From an uncultured Gammaproteobacteria bacterium (lineage in GTDB: Bacteria > Patescibacteriota > Microgenomatia > Levybacterales > GWA1-39-11): a stretch of 64,000 nucleotides of DNA. Location of the stretch: assembly GCA_964448725.1 (NCBI GenBank), contig CAYVAJ010000005.1, positions 2,137 to 66,136 on the forward strand. Direction: 5' to 3'. Below the pieces are notes generated by a model that saw only the letters and a program-made list of their open reading frames with translations, made no database searches and was not told the DNA's origin. Of this stretch, positions 21,158 to 31,131 are shown piece after piece. Each line of letters opens with the position of its first letter. Within the stretch, counting starts at the first letter, position 1. A program made the translations under genes and the position numbers.

Positions 21158-21781
21158 TCATTGCACTTCTACTCGTTTTAGAGAATCATTTTGGCAGGTA
21201 GTAAGTTTGTCCCATGTTCCTCTATATCGTGCATCTCTATCAATAAATTCCGTTATTGGATTTACTGTTTCTTTTTTATATAAATATAACTGCCCATCCC
21301 ACGTACACATTAAATCACCTGATCTGAACTCTCCATACGCACCTTGTAGCTGAAAAATTGCAGCCATAAAGTACCCTGATTCCTGAGCAGTATAATATGC
21401 ATTTCCAATATTTGATCCTTGAGCAATTACTGTCATCATATGTTTTTCATAGGGATGAGATACCACTGGATACGTAGGTGAAAAATATACAATACTCCAG
21501 TTCGCATTTGTTGCAATAGTTTTTAGTTGAACGGTCTCTCCTTTCCTAATAGGAGTTGCAGATAATTCAAGATTTATTGTAGGAGGACTTGCAAATGAAA
21601 CAGGGGAAAAAGAGGCAGTAGAAATCTGGTCTTGATTTGATTTCAACATCAATACAGTAACAGGGATAGATAAGACTATGAGAAGAGAGGTTGCGTAAAA
21701 AAAAAGAGACCCGACACCAACTTGCCCATACTGGGATCGGAATATCTTGTGCCAATAGATAAATAAAGACAATTTTGGCAT
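21158..21781 (-). CDS. hypothetical membrane-anchored protein
   Basis: N-terminal TM helix. No family recognised. Confidence 0.35.
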   Translation of the reverse strand: MPKLSLFIYWHKIFRSQYGQVGVGSLFFYATSLLIVLSIPVTVLMLKSNQDQISTASFSPVSFASPPTINLELSATPIRKGETVQLKTIATNANWSIVYFSPTYPVVSHPYEKHMMTVIAQGSNIGNAYYTAQESGYFMAAIFQLQGAYGEFRSGDLMCTWDGQLYLYKKETVNPITEFIDRDARYRGTWDKLTTCQNDSLKRVEVQ

Positions 21782-21867
21782 GTTTAACAGACAATACCCA
21801 CACGTAAAAACGTGGTATATTTCTCACTATAGAAAATTTTGAAGAGGAATACAAGCAGGATGATACC

Positions 21868-22791
21868 TTAATCAACAGATTTTAGAATCTCAATTACTTC
21901 ATCGAGTGTGAACTTTGTTGGTACTGTATGAGGATTTTTAGAACTTCCGTTTAAAAGCATCCGTTTTGATGCATGCAAAAACCATGAGGCATACGGATCT
22001 TTTTCTTTTACAATCGTATACACTGGTGTTAAATCAATATCTCGTTCTTTTTGTCCGTCACCAGTATATTTTTTATCTTTACGCATTCGTGGCTGAGCTT
22101 TGATACGCAGCAAATGATTAGCAGGATCTTGCCGAACTACCACTGCATATCCCTTAATTTGAGCTATTTTCATCACTGTATCATTGACTGTTTCAAACGC
22201 AATTGCATCTCCCCATTTTGTTTTGAACTTCTTTCCTTTATTCTCAAACTCTTCTTCAGCCTCTACTCTGCTTATAAATGAAAGGAGTAATGCATCAAGG
22301 CAAAGCATACCTATTTCAAGAATTTTTTCATCATATACTGGTTGCTGTAATTTAAGCCCATCAAGTACCCCAATTAAGGTAAATTCGCGTAAATATGATG
22401 CACTATCAGCATAGAATACCTGCTGGAAATGGTCTTCATCTATTACCAAATCAATAATTTTTTCTAGCGCAGATTCTGTCGCAGTATTTGTATCAATTGT
22501 GTTATCAGATTGATTACGTACATAATCAAAGACAAGACTTGCAGCACAGATTGTCTCATCTTGGAATTGGTGATGATCAAGCACTCCAAGCCCAGTATCT
22601 ACATGAATCACCTCATTACTGCCAATTACCTCAATTGCTTCACCTTCTTTTTTATAATGTCCTGAAAGCTTTTGACCTGCAGGAACAAAATCAACTTTCG
22701 CATCCTTCCACTCAGGAAGAAACCGTTTCAATAACCATACAGAAGTAACTGCATCAAGGTCAGGGGATTTATGAGTGACGATAATCTTCAT
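21868..22791 (-). CDS. DHH-superfamily phosphoesterase (NrnA-like)
   Basis: N-terminal HKSPDLDAVTS resembles DHH motif I/II of NrnA-type nanoRNases / pAp phosphatases. About 300 aa, two-domain. Confidence 0.55.
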   Translation of the reverse strand: MKIIVTHKSPDLDAVTSVWLLKRFLPEWKDAKVDFVPAGQKLSGHYKKEGEAIEVIGSNEVIHVDTGLGVLDHHQFQDETICAASLVFDYVRNQSDNTIDTNTATESALEKIIDLVIDEDHFQQVFYADSASYLREFTLIGVLDGLKLQQPVYDEKILEIGMLCLDALLLSFISRVEAEEEFENKGKKFKTKWGDAIAFETVNDTVMKIAQIKGYAVVVRQDPANHLLRIKAQPRMRKDKKYTGDGQKERDIDLTPVYTIVKEKDPYASWFLHASKRMLLNGSSKNPHTVPTKFTLDEVIEILKSVD

Positions 22792-22968
22792 AATAATAAG
22801 TGGAAAACTGAGAGCTGAAAACGGAAAGTTATAAATTAAAGCTGAAAATTTTTACGTTATAGTTCTACACTCCACACTCTACACTTTTCACTCTGAGTAT
22901 ACATTTTTTGAACTCTCCAAGCAAGTAATTTACTTGACATTCCTTTCACCATTTCCATATCATGATGT

Positions 22969-23367
22969 ATGGACTCAAAAAAAACTCTCAAGCCTGAGCT
23001 TAAAGAAATCTATGAGCGAGTAATGAATACGAAAGCTGCTCCCCGGCAACAGTCAAATACGCCACAAGCCGCACCAAAAACCGAACCTACTGCTCATGCT
23101 CCTCAAGCAAAAACAGAGGAGCCGTATCTTGCCTCTTCTGCACCACGTCCAGTTACTCAAGATACGGGGACATTTGTTTTTTCCAGTAATAGCAAGAATA
23201 AAGGAAATGCATCAAAAGAAGAGGAAAAATCAAAAAGTTCATCTAACCACTCAACTTCTAAGAAACAAGAGGAAAACAGTAATTTGTTTCCTATTCTAGG
23301 GGTGATTGCAGTCGTATTCCTTATTATTTACGCAGTATTCTGGGCAATTTACTTTAATATCTTATAG
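22969..23367 (+). CDS. hypothetical protein, disordered with C-terminal TM helix
   Basis: Low-complexity sequence with a C-terminal hydrophobic helix. Confidence 0.3.
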   Translation: MDSKKTLKPELKEIYERVMNTKAAPRQQSNTPQAAPKTEPTAHAPQAKTEEPYLASSAPRPVTQDTGTFVFSSNSKNKGNASKEEEKSKSSSNHSTSKKQEENSNLFPILGVIAVVFLIIYAVFWAIYFNIL

Positions 23368-23378
23368 CGGATACTTAG

Positions 23379-24596
23379 CTACTCTTTGTAATACGTTTTA
23401 ACAAATTCTATTACCTTATCTATAGATAGCAACTGTGCATCTTTTTCATTTCTCATTTTAATTTCGGCCTGATCTCCTGTTTTTGCCGAGACAACAACAC
23501 GGACTGGAATACCAACTAAATCACAATCTGAAAATTTTTCACCTGCACCACGATCAGTTCTATCATCATATAAAACCTCAATTCCGACATCTTGCAGCTT
23601 CTCATATACATTCTCTGCTGTTTCGCTTAACCCCACCAAATGTACCTGAAAAGGAGCAACTGATTTAGGCCAAATAATACCACGGTCATCATGTGATACC
23701 TCAACAATAGTGCCCATTACCCGTGTTGGTCCAATTCCATAACTTGCAAACCACACTGGTTTTCTTGATCCATCACGATCAGTAAATAAAGCTCCCATTT
23801 TTTCTGCATACCATGTACCAAGCGGGAAAATATTACCTACCTCAATTGATTTTTCTGATCGTAAATTACTTCGTTTTTTATCTTCCTCTGTCATAACCTC
23901 ATCATTTTTTGCATACTTCCAATCATCTGCAAAGTAGATAGTATCTTCACCGCTTGGGGCAATTACTTGGAATTCATGCGTATGATGATCGGTAAACACT
24001 CCGCCTGATGCTTCAGTAATATGCACATCAAGTCCTATGCGCTTGAATGCATTTAGATAACTGTCAGCAACTTTCCAATAATACTCAAACATGTCTTCTT
24101 GTGAAACATGTGCACTATAAAGATCTTTCATCAAAAACTCCCGCCCTCGAAGAATTCCTGATTTTGCACGAAGTTCATTCCGGAACTTTGTTGAGAAATG
24201 ATAGAGTTTTACGGGTAAATCTTTGTAACTTGTGATGTGTTTTCGAATAAGATCCATGACTATCTCTTCATGGGTAAAAGAAAGAGCATATTCTCTACTC
24301 TCTTTTTCAAATTGGTACATTACTTCACGTGCGCTATCCCACCGTCCTGTTTCATTCCATATTTCTTTAGGATGAAGCAATGGCATAAGAACTTCTTGAG
24401 CTCCTGTAGCATTCATCTCTTCCCGAACAATTTGCTCAATTTTACGTTCTACTCGCCGCCCTAATGGCATAAGTGTGTATGAACCAGCCATAAGCTTATC
24501 AATAAATCCACCTTGGAGTAGATACTTTGCATTAACCGCTACTTCATCACGAGGAATATCTTTACTTGATTTGCCAAAAAGTTCTGAATATCGCAT
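23379..24596 (-). CDS. proS: prolyl-tRNA synthetase (short bacterial form)
   Basis: Class II aaRS motifs and a ProRS-like N-terminus (MRYSELFGKSSKDIP). C-terminal anticodon-binding domain. Start placed at the internal ATG. Confidence 0.85.
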   Translation of the reverse strand: MRYSELFGKSSKDIPRDEVAVNAKYLLQGGFIDKLMAGSYTLMPLGRRVERKIEQIVREEMNATGAQEVLMPLLHPKEIWNETGRWDSAREVMYQFEKESREYALSFTHEEIVMDLIRKHITSYKDLPVKLYHFSTKFRNELRAKSGILRGREFLMKDLYSAHVSQEDMFEYYWKVADSYLNAFKRIGLDVHITEASGGVFTDHHTHEFQVIAPSGEDTIYFADDWKYAKNDEVMTEEDKKRSNLRSEKSIEVGNIFPLGTWYAEKMGALFTDRDGSRKPVWFASYGIGPTRVMGTIVEVSHDDRGIIWPKSVAPFQVHLVGLSETAENVYEKLQDVGIEVLYDDRTDRGAGEKFSDCDLVGIPVRVVVSAKTGDQAEIKMRNEKDAQLLSIDKVIEFVKTYYKE

Positions 24597-24681
24597 ATCT
24601 GCAGTATACCAAAATTTTAAGCACATTTTAAGGCAGGTTATATCTGTTATTATAGATTCTAATAAAATCTATAAAGTTGTT

Positions 24682-25686
24682 TTATGCTGATTTTTGATTA
24701 AATGGCACAGTAGAAAAATCACTCTTTCCTTTTGATACAGATTCTTTTTTCACTGTGATTTTTGGCAATTGTATCTCCTGCTGTTTTTTTGAGATTCCAC
24801 CTGGCTGTTGTCCCTGTTGATTTTTCCCATTCTGTCCCTCGTACTTTACCATTTCCTGCAGAAGAACACCCATAAGTTTGACGAGTAGTTCAAATAAAGT
24901 TATTTTTTCTTTCTCATCATCCTCTTCTTTATGCAGTTTTTTTGCCATTTCAAGTAATGCTAACGCCATTGTATTCATTGTCTCTGACTGCTGCTTAACA
25001 AGCTCTTTAAATTCTTGTAATTCTTTTTTCAGCTCATCATTTTCTTCCAACAATCGAGCAAATTCTTCTTCAATAGCTGAAATTTTTCCTTCAATACTCT
25101 CTGGAAGACCTGCATTTTTTTCTGCCAGGAACCGATTCATTGCCTCATCTCTTAATACCTGAGGATCAATATCTTCTCCATTAGCAATCATCTCACTCGC
25201 TACTTCGCCAAGTTTTTGTTTGTACAGTGGATCATCACTTACTTCTGCAGCAATATATTCAACGATTTCTTGTTTTTTAGACAAAGTATTTTCTCTCTGC
25301 TTTCCTTCAAAATCAACTGATGTATTTTCATCAGTTACTATACTTTTCTCAGTTCCAAAATTATTTAATACATCTCTTTCTTGTTGTACTTCTTCAGCAT
25401 ATTGTTCTTGATCTGAAAAATCATCACCACTGGCAAGTTTTTTAAATGTATCTGCAATTCCATGTTCTTTTGCATACTTTAATACATTGTCTGGGTCCAG
25501 CCTATTCTGTGATACTACCTCTTGATGATCACTTTCCCGTGTTTGTACAACAGGGGTTTCTACTTCCGAGCTCATTATTACTTCACCACTTATCGGCATT
25601 GGCGCTTGTACAGATGGTGTATATGTATTAGCCACTGGTGCTACCTGCATTGTTGATCCTCCTCCTTCAAAACTTCCTTTATCCAT
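24682..25686 (-). CDS. hypothetical acidic coiled-coil protein
   Basis: Glu/Lys-rich heptad-like segments. No family. Confidence 0.35.
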   Translation of the reverse strand: MDKGSFEGGGSTMQVAPVANTYTPSVQAPMPISGEVIMSSEVETPVVQTRESDHQEVVSQNRLDPDNVLKYAKEHGIADTFKKLASGDDFSDQEQYAEEVQQERDVLNNFGTEKSIVTDENTSVDFEGKQRENTLSKKQEIVEYIAAEVSDDPLYKQKLGEVASEMIANGEDIDPQVLRDEAMNRFLAEKNAGLPESIEGKISAIEEEFARLLEENDELKKELQEFKELVKQQSETMNTMALALLEMAKKLHKEEDDEKEKITLFELLVKLMGVLLQEMVKYEGQNGKNQQGQQPGGISKKQQEIQLPKITVKKESVSKGKSDFSTVPFNQKSA

Positions 25687-25735
25687 AATAAATATTGAGA
25701 AATGAGAGTTGAGATTTAAAAATTTTCTATTCCTC

Positions 25736-26071
25736 TCAGTTCAATCCTCCTTTCTGTAAAACAGTTACTGCATGTTCATACTGTGCTGTCTGCATGTATT
25801 TTCGCGCTTCAGACAACACATATTCTTTTTTCTGATTAAAATATTCTGATGCTGTTTTTATATATACCTCAAGCATTTCAGCATATTTTTCTATCAATTT
25901 TCCCATACATTCAAATAATTCATCGGTATTTTTCGCACTCATTAATACTAGATATTCTTGTGCAATTGTCTGTGCTTTTTTTTGCGAGAGACTTCCATGT
26001 CGTAAACCCATGATAATCTTTACCATCAGCTCTCGTTCAATATCTTTTTTATATGTTTCAAAATTTTTCAT
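25736..26071 (-). CDS. hypothetical helical protein
   Basis: Internal start MKNFETYKK falls 1 nt after the upstream ORF's stop, so the two are probably translationally coupled. Confidence 0.3.
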   Translation of the reverse strand: MKNFETYKKDIERELMVKIIMGLRHGSLSQKKAQTIAQEYLVLMSAKNTDELFECMGKLIEKYAEMLEVYIKTASEYFNQKKEYVLSEARKYMQTAQYEHAVTVLQKGGLN

Positions 26072-26072
26072 A

Positions 26073-26318
26073 TTATTCCTCTGTTGCACGATCAATTTGT
26101 TCTTTTTTCTCTTCTGCTTCTTGCCGAGCATCTTCACGTTCTTGTGCTGCTATTTGTGCTTGCATTAATTCTTGTTCGAGCTGCTGTACTTCGTGATCCA
26201 TTTCTTCTGCCTCCATTCGCACATCACTCACTTCAGTTTGTGCAACTCTGTGTATTTCCTGAATTTCGATTAACTGTTCCTTATTCATGATGCTAGTATA
26301 CTGCCGATACATATACAC
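26073..26318 (-). CDS. hypothetical small coiled-coil protein
   Basis: Highly charged heptad repeats (QLEQELMQAQIAAQEREDARQEAEEKKEQ). Confidence 0.3.
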   Translation of the reverse strand: MYMYRQYTSIMNKEQLIEIQEIHRVAQTEVSDVRMEAEEMDHEVQQLEQELMQAQIAAQEREDARQEAEEKKEQIDRATEE

Positions 26319-26364
26319 AACTTGATATAATACTCACAAATAAATCACAAAAAGGGATATTCGT

Positions 26365-27105
26365 ATGCCTGAAAAGTTTACTAATCTAGCAGTACAAGAG
26401 GTTCTTTCACGATCAATGCGTGATTTTGAGTCATGGCAGGAAGAATTTAATGCGTTACAAACTGTTGCAATTCCTTCTCATATATCAGGTGTATTTATTC
26501 CTGAAAGAATTTTAGAGTTAGCAGATGATCCATTTGCTGTTCGTTGTGAAATAATACCTCATGATATTAGTGTAAATAACTCGTCTTCACTTAATTTCCT
26601 TATTATTGAAAGAAAAAAAGATCCTATTTCTGATCCTGATAGATTTGAATCGTTTAAAAGGGGAGAAATTGATCCTCAGTGGAAGGAGAAACGTACATCA
26701 TATTATCTGGGAACGGAAGCACCTGAAGGAATAGATTTCAGACATGCATCACATGAAAAATTACTCCATAGCACCAATATTAATGCATATGACAAAATTT
26801 ATATCGACTATTCATCTTCTGTCCCAAAAACACACCCAGAGATACTACAGACAAATAGTTATCTTGATCGTCCTGATATGCATGGTCTGGGAATTGCAAC
26901 TAGTTTTCTTGATCGGAGTGATGAAATATGGAAAAAACTAGGTTTTACCTATCGCATAGGAGTTACTTGGAGTCCTAATCCTTCTTTTTTTCTTAAACGG
27001 GGAGTGGACATACGAGAACTTCCTGATAACGAACGTAAGTACCTCTCTCCACTATATCAAGGTTATATTAACCATGGAGATCCGGTAATTGTGAAAAAAT
27101 TATAA
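26365..27105 (+). CDS. hypothetical protein (weak GNAT-like motif)
   Basis: HGLGIATSFL...LGF loosely resembles the GNAT motif A. Low confidence. Confidence 0.3.
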   Translation: MPEKFTNLAVQEVLSRSMRDFESWQEEFNALQTVAIPSHISGVFIPERILELADDPFAVRCEIIPHDISVNNSSSLNFLIIERKKDPISDPDRFESFKRGEIDPQWKEKRTSYYLGTEAPEGIDFRHASHEKLLHSTNINAYDKIYIDYSSSVPKTHPEILQTNSYLDRPDMHGLGIATSFLDRSDEIWKKLGFTYRIGVTWSPNPSFFLKRGVDIRELPDNERKYLSPLYQGYINHGDPVIVKKL

Positions 27106-27117
27106 CAATTTATTTCG

Positions 27118-27396
27118 TTATTTACCTAAAAGACCTCCAAGTCCTCCACCCATTTCCTGCATTTTTTGCGCAGCTTTCTTTTGAGCTTTATTGATTGCTT
27201 CGTTGAGTGCTTCTTTCACATCATTCATCTCTTCACCATTAATGGTAAACTCTTTGATTTTCATATCTCCAGTCATAACGATATGTGCACGTCCACGATC
27301 TTCAGTTACTTCTAATTTTTTTAGTTCGTTCTGTAATTTTTGTGCTTCTTGTCGTAATTTATTAAGATCACCTAATCCTTTTAATGGATTAATCAT
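27118..27396 (-). CDS. ybaB: YbaB/EbfC nucleoid-associated protein
   Basis: Typical YbaB sequence (LNKLRQEAQKLQNELKKLEV...TINGEEMND). Start moved to the ATG that follows a strong GAGGTGA Shine-Dalgarno sequence (the track start is GTG). Sits beside dnaX, as in the usual dnaX-ybaB-recR arrangement. Confidence 0.8.
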   Translation of the reverse strand: MINPLKGLGDLNKLRQEAQKLQNELKKLEVTEDRGRAHIVMTGDMKIKEFTINGEEMNDVKEALNEAINKAQKKAAQKMQEMGGGLGGLLGK

Positions 27397-27480
27397 ATAT
27401 ATCACCTCGCTTTCAAAGCCTGGCACTAACCAGGATAAAACTGTCTATTTATTATACTGATTCTGCCAATCTTTACAACA

Positions 27481-28941
27481 TTAACTAACAATTGTTATCT
27501 CTACTTTTGTTGCATCTCCTAGTATCTCTGTGGCACATTTCTCAAGCAATTTTTTGACTGTAGGGTCAGACAAGCGTTCCCCATGAAATTTAAATTTCGA
27601 TCCTATTGTCATGACACCTTTTTTCACTTCTACAATCGTACATCCTCGTAAAATTCCTGCTACTGAATGATTTTCTTTTTTCACTGTATCAATAAGCTTT
27701 CCAAGCATATGATTATCATCGGTAGATGATTTTGTATGCACTGTCTCGGTCACTGGTTCTGCCACTATCTCTGTTCCTTTTGCTACTGATACAACAGCTT
27801 TTACGTTCTGAACAGAAATGTCTTGAGTATTCTCTGTAAGATATTCTAATAAAGCTATTTCCAGAGGTAACTGCGCGAGTACTGAGAACCTCAATTGACC
27901 ATATGACACATTCAAAAGTTCCAAGAGTCGTTTTATTTGGGTGATAGATAGATCTGATACCTCTACTCCCTTGGCAAGATTAGATTTAATAAGTAACTGA
28001 TCATGTAATAGATTTACTAGTTTTTCATATACAATTTTAAAGTCCACACCGCCTTCAGCAATTTTCTGAATGATTTGCAGCGCACTTGATGCATCATGCA
28101 CTGCTATACTCGTCAAAAGTGCAGAGACATGTTGATCAGTACTGCCTGTTTTAAATACTTCCTCAAGAGTATTCGCTGTTATTTTTTTTCGTTGTGCATG
28201 AAATGCAAGTTCTTCAAGTGTTTTTGCCGCATTACGAAATGCACCATCTGATAATGCATAAATTTGTTCAATCACCTCTTCATCTATCTGTAAATTTTCT
28301 CCCTCAACAATTCGTTTGAGTGACCGCACTAACTCTTCTTTATTTGGTTTCTCAAATCGTACATGAAAAGTACGGGAAGTAATGGTAGTAGGAATCTTCC
28401 ACTCTTCTGTAGTGCATAGAATAAATACCACATGGTTCGGCGGTTCCTCAAGTGTTTTGAGTAGGGCATTAAATGCTTCTGTCGTTAACATATGCACTTC
28501 ATCAATAATATAAATCTTGCGTTTAAGTTGTGCTGGAGAGAATTTAATACGCTCACGTAACTCTCGGATCTCATCAATTCCCCGATTTGAAGCTGCATCA
28601 ATTTCAAGCACATCAACATGAGATCCTTTTGTTATCGCTTCACATATATCACATGCGTTACAAGGCTCTATGCCTAATTGAGAGTTGAGAGTTGAGGATT
28701 GAGAATTATCTTTTTCACTTTTGTTTTTCAATTCTTCATTCTCACTTTTCAACTTACTCTTACAATTTATTGCTTTTGCTAAAATTCTTGCACTTGAAGT
28801 CTTACCAAGTCCTTTAGGTCCAGTAAATAGGAAAGCATGCGGCAAGTCATCTGAATTAAGAAGGTGAGTGAACTTATCTCTCACAATTGTCAGATCGAGT
28901 TCAGCTATTGTTTGCGGACGGTATTTTCGATAAAAAACCAT
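27481..28941 (-). CDS. dnaX: DNA polymerase III subunit gamma/tau
   Basis: Walker A (GPKGLGKTS), Zn module (C..CNACDIC), sensor motifs and DEVHML. A roughly 30-aa low-complexity insertion (SENEELKNKSEKDNSQSSTLNSQL) sits between the Cys residues; it is encoded by a heptamer repeat. Confidence 0.85.
   Translation of the reverse strand: MVFYRKYRPQTIAELDLTIVRDKFTHLLNSDDLPHAFLFTGPKGLGKTSSARILAKAINCKSKLKSENEELKNKSEKDNSQSSTLNSQLGIEPCNACDICEAITKGSHVDVLEIDAASNRGIDEIRELRERIKFSPAQLKRKIYIIDEVHMLTTEAFNALLKTLEEPPNHVVFILCTTEEWKIPTTITSRTFHVRFEKPNKEELVRSLKRIVEGENLQIDEEVIEQIYALSDGAFRNAAKTLEELAFHAQRKKITANTLEEVFKTGSTDQHVSALLTSIAVHDASSALQIIQKIAEGGVDFKIVYEKLVNLLHDQLLIKSNLAKGVEVSDLSITQIKRLLELLNVSYGQLRFSVLAQLPLEIALLEYLTENTQDISVQNVKAVVSVAKGTEIVAEPVTETVHTKSSTDDNHMLGKLIDTVKKENHSVAGILRGCTIVEVKKGVMTIGSKFKFHGERLSDPTVKKLLEKCATEILGDATKVEITIVS
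28676..28708. repeat. heptamer (RRTTGAG) tandem repeat inside the dnaX 5' coding region
   Basis: aattgag agttgag agttgag gattgag aatt. An inverted copy of the same heptamer array lies just upstream of the dnaX start. Confidence 0.75.
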
Positions 28942-28950
28942 AATATAAAT

Positions 28951-29017
28951 TGAAAATAGAAAATTGAAAATGGAGAATTAATTTTTATTTCAACTCTCAA
29001 CTTTCAATTCTCAATTT
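28951..29017. repeat. repeat-rich intergenic tract: GAAAAT repeats plus an inverted copy of the TTGAGAR heptamer array
   Basis: atttcaactctcaactttcaattctcaattt is the reverse complement of a (aattgag/agttgaa) array, and is preceded by gaaaatagaaaattgaaaatggagaatt. Confidence 0.7.
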
Positions 29018-29018
29018 A

Positions 29019-29408
29019 CTAATGGTGTTCTCCTAGTAGATGAAGCAATCCATGCTCTACCAGCTCAGCTATTTTACGATCAACCAGCATATTATCTCGT
29101 GCAGCATCTTCAACAGCAATAGGATAGCACACGATCACGTCTCCTAATATAAGGAAATCTGTGGGCATCACTGTTGCTGCTCCCTCCATCTGAGAAAAAG
29201 ACAGTACGTTTGTTGCACGGTCAATATTACGATACTTATTATTGAGATCGCGCATCTTACGGCTCCCTACAATCGCAATTGACACTTCTGTTGGTCCAAC
29301 AATACCTTTTGCTTTTAACACTGATTCTACTGTTTGCTTAATTCTTTTACGGTCAACCTTATAGCGACTCTCAACATATATCTGGATGGAAAAATTATTT
29401 TCTGCCAT
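29019..29408 (-). CDS. ybeY: rRNA maturation endoribonuclease YbeY
   Basis: The C-terminus HGLLHLLGEHH is the YbeY metal-binding H3xH5xH-type motif. About 130 aa. Confidence 0.75.
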   Translation of the reverse strand: MAENNFSIQIYVESRYKVDRKRIKQTVESVLKAKGIVGPTEVSIAIVGSRKMRDLNNKYRNIDRATNVLSFSQMEGAATVMPTDFLILGDVIVCYPIAVEDAARDNMLVDRKIAELVEHGLLHLLGEHH

Positions 29409-29556
29409 ATAAAACCTTACCTGCAGATTGTATCATCGTGTCAATACTATTGCAAAGAATAATCAATGAGATTAAGACACTTTTTGCGCATACAGGAATT
29501 TCCACAGTATAAATAGATACTATGGAATAACTTTCAATGATAGCGGGTAAAAAGTA

Positions 29557-29745
29557 TTATCCGTTGTGTTGCTTTACAGCAAATTTACGAGTAAGCTCCT
29601 TTTTAAATTTTTTCGCAAGAGAAGGCTTGAGATAAAACTCTCTTTTTTTCATTTCTTGGATAATACCTTCATTCATCACTTTTCGTGAGAACTTCCGAAT
29701 CATTGCATCTGGTGAGTCACCTGGACCTTTTTTTACATATACCAT
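29557..29745 (-). CDS. rpsU: 30S ribosomal protein S21
   Basis: 62-aa basic protein (MVYVKKGPGDSPDAMIRKFSRKV...KREFYLKPS). Strong GGGGGTG Shine-Dalgarno sequence upstream. Confidence 0.8.
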   Translation of the reverse strand: MVYVKKGPGDSPDAMIRKFSRKVMNEGIIQEMKKREFYLKPSLAKKFKKELTRKFAVKQHNG

Positions 29746-29856
29746 ATTAAAAACACCCCCCTTCGCTAAGATTTAATGAGGCAAACCCTCTCGTCTTAGC
29801 ATAATGGATACACTTATTATACTCCATTCACATCTAAAGTTCAAAAAAGGAAGCAG

Positions 29857-31017
29857 TTATTTTCTAGAATTTATCATTTGAATAAGTCTCAAATTTTCTT
29901 TATGATCATGTGTCAGCGTATCCTCAATTTTCTTTTTGGCATAGCGCTCAAATCCCCAGAGCCTGATCACTCCTCCACTGTGAGGAAGTATAGTTGTAGC
30001 ACACCGTGCAAGTAAATATTTTGCCTCATGAAATGAATTGCCCGGTGAGAGATGTGTTCTTCCCCATTGCTCAAACTGTGCCTCAGTTACTTCAATGCCA
30101 TATCCCATTTTTTGTGCCGTACGTATATTCATAAAGTTTGTTTTGCGTTGGATAAAGTTCGAGAGAGTAATGTAATCAATTGGACCAATTTTGGGAAGAT
30201 GTATAAAATGAGGCAGGTTATAATAGTAGTTAATTCCACAAATAAAAGTGCTTGGTAAAATTCCTTCATTTTTCTCTAACTCTTTTATAACTTGGATAAT
30301 CGATGGTGTATCCTTTGTTTCTGATGAGCTCAGTAGAATTTTTTTGTCAGGAAACACTCGGTACACTCTCTTTACTACTTCCTCAACATACTCAGTACAT
30401 AATTGAAGTTGTAACTTTCCAAATTTATTAAATGATTCGTTTTCAGGCTGGATAATGACAAGATGTTGGAGTTGATTTCGAGTATAGGAACTAACTAAAT
30501 ACTGCAATAACCTTTCAAGATATGCATATGCCTCATGTGCAATGGCTGAATCTTTATTAACCATTGTATTTGGATATAGCTTACATTTCTTAATAATTTT
30601 TCTGGGAATATATTCTTCTGGCCACCCAAATGTTTTTATTGGTCCGATATTTAAACACACATTGACCTGTTGTGAGAGACAGTAATCAAAATAGGGTTTA
30701 TAATACGAAAAATCAAAATTCCCTTGTGAGTCAACTGCCTTATCCCACTTTACACCGAGTCGTATGTCGTACATCCCGAAATCATGAATTAATATCTTTA
30801 GTACTGCAAGTTTTTGTTCAGCTGTTGCTATCATCGCTCCATTATTTTCTAGCTGATACATCTTCTCCACTAAATCAGGTGCAAAAGAACAACCTATTGT
30901 GACTTTTTTAAATTTATTATGATATTTACTCCAATATTCATCCAATGACAAATCAGCATCCTGATGGGCGCGATACTGTTTGTAAATATGGGTAAACCAC
31001 CCTTTAAAATCAATCAT
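29857..31017 (-). CDS. hypothetical protein, possibly a TIM-barrel glycoside-hydrolase-like enzyme
   Basis: 386 aa, no TM. A QPENES segment resembles the clan GH-A acid/base NEP region. Low confidence. Confidence 0.3.
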   Translation of the reverse strand: MIDFKGWFTHIYKQYRAHQDADLSLDEYWSKYHNKFKKVTIGCSFAPDLVEKMYQLENNGAMIATAEQKLAVLKILIHDFGMYDIRLGVKWDKAVDSQGNFDFSYYKPYFDYCLSQQVNVCLNIGPIKTFGWPEEYIPRKIIKKCKLYPNTMVNKDSAIAHEAYAYLERLLQYLVSSYTRNQLQHLVIIQPENESFNKFGKLQLQLCTEYVEEVVKRVYRVFPDKKILLSSSETKDTPSIIQVIKELEKNEGILPSTFICGINYYYNLPHFIHLPKIGPIDYITLSNFIQRKTNFMNIRTAQKMGYGIEVTEAQFEQWGRTHLSPGNSFHEAKYLLARCATTILPHSGGVIRLWGFERYAKKKIEDTLTHDHKENLRLIQMINSRK

Positions 31018-31131
31018 AAAATAAGTATACTCCCAAAAGTTTATACTTCAATTACTCGAATAAACGATGTAATAAAACTATTTAATTACGTTTGTATACC
31101 TAAATAACTACCATTAAAATTGGAACAAATT

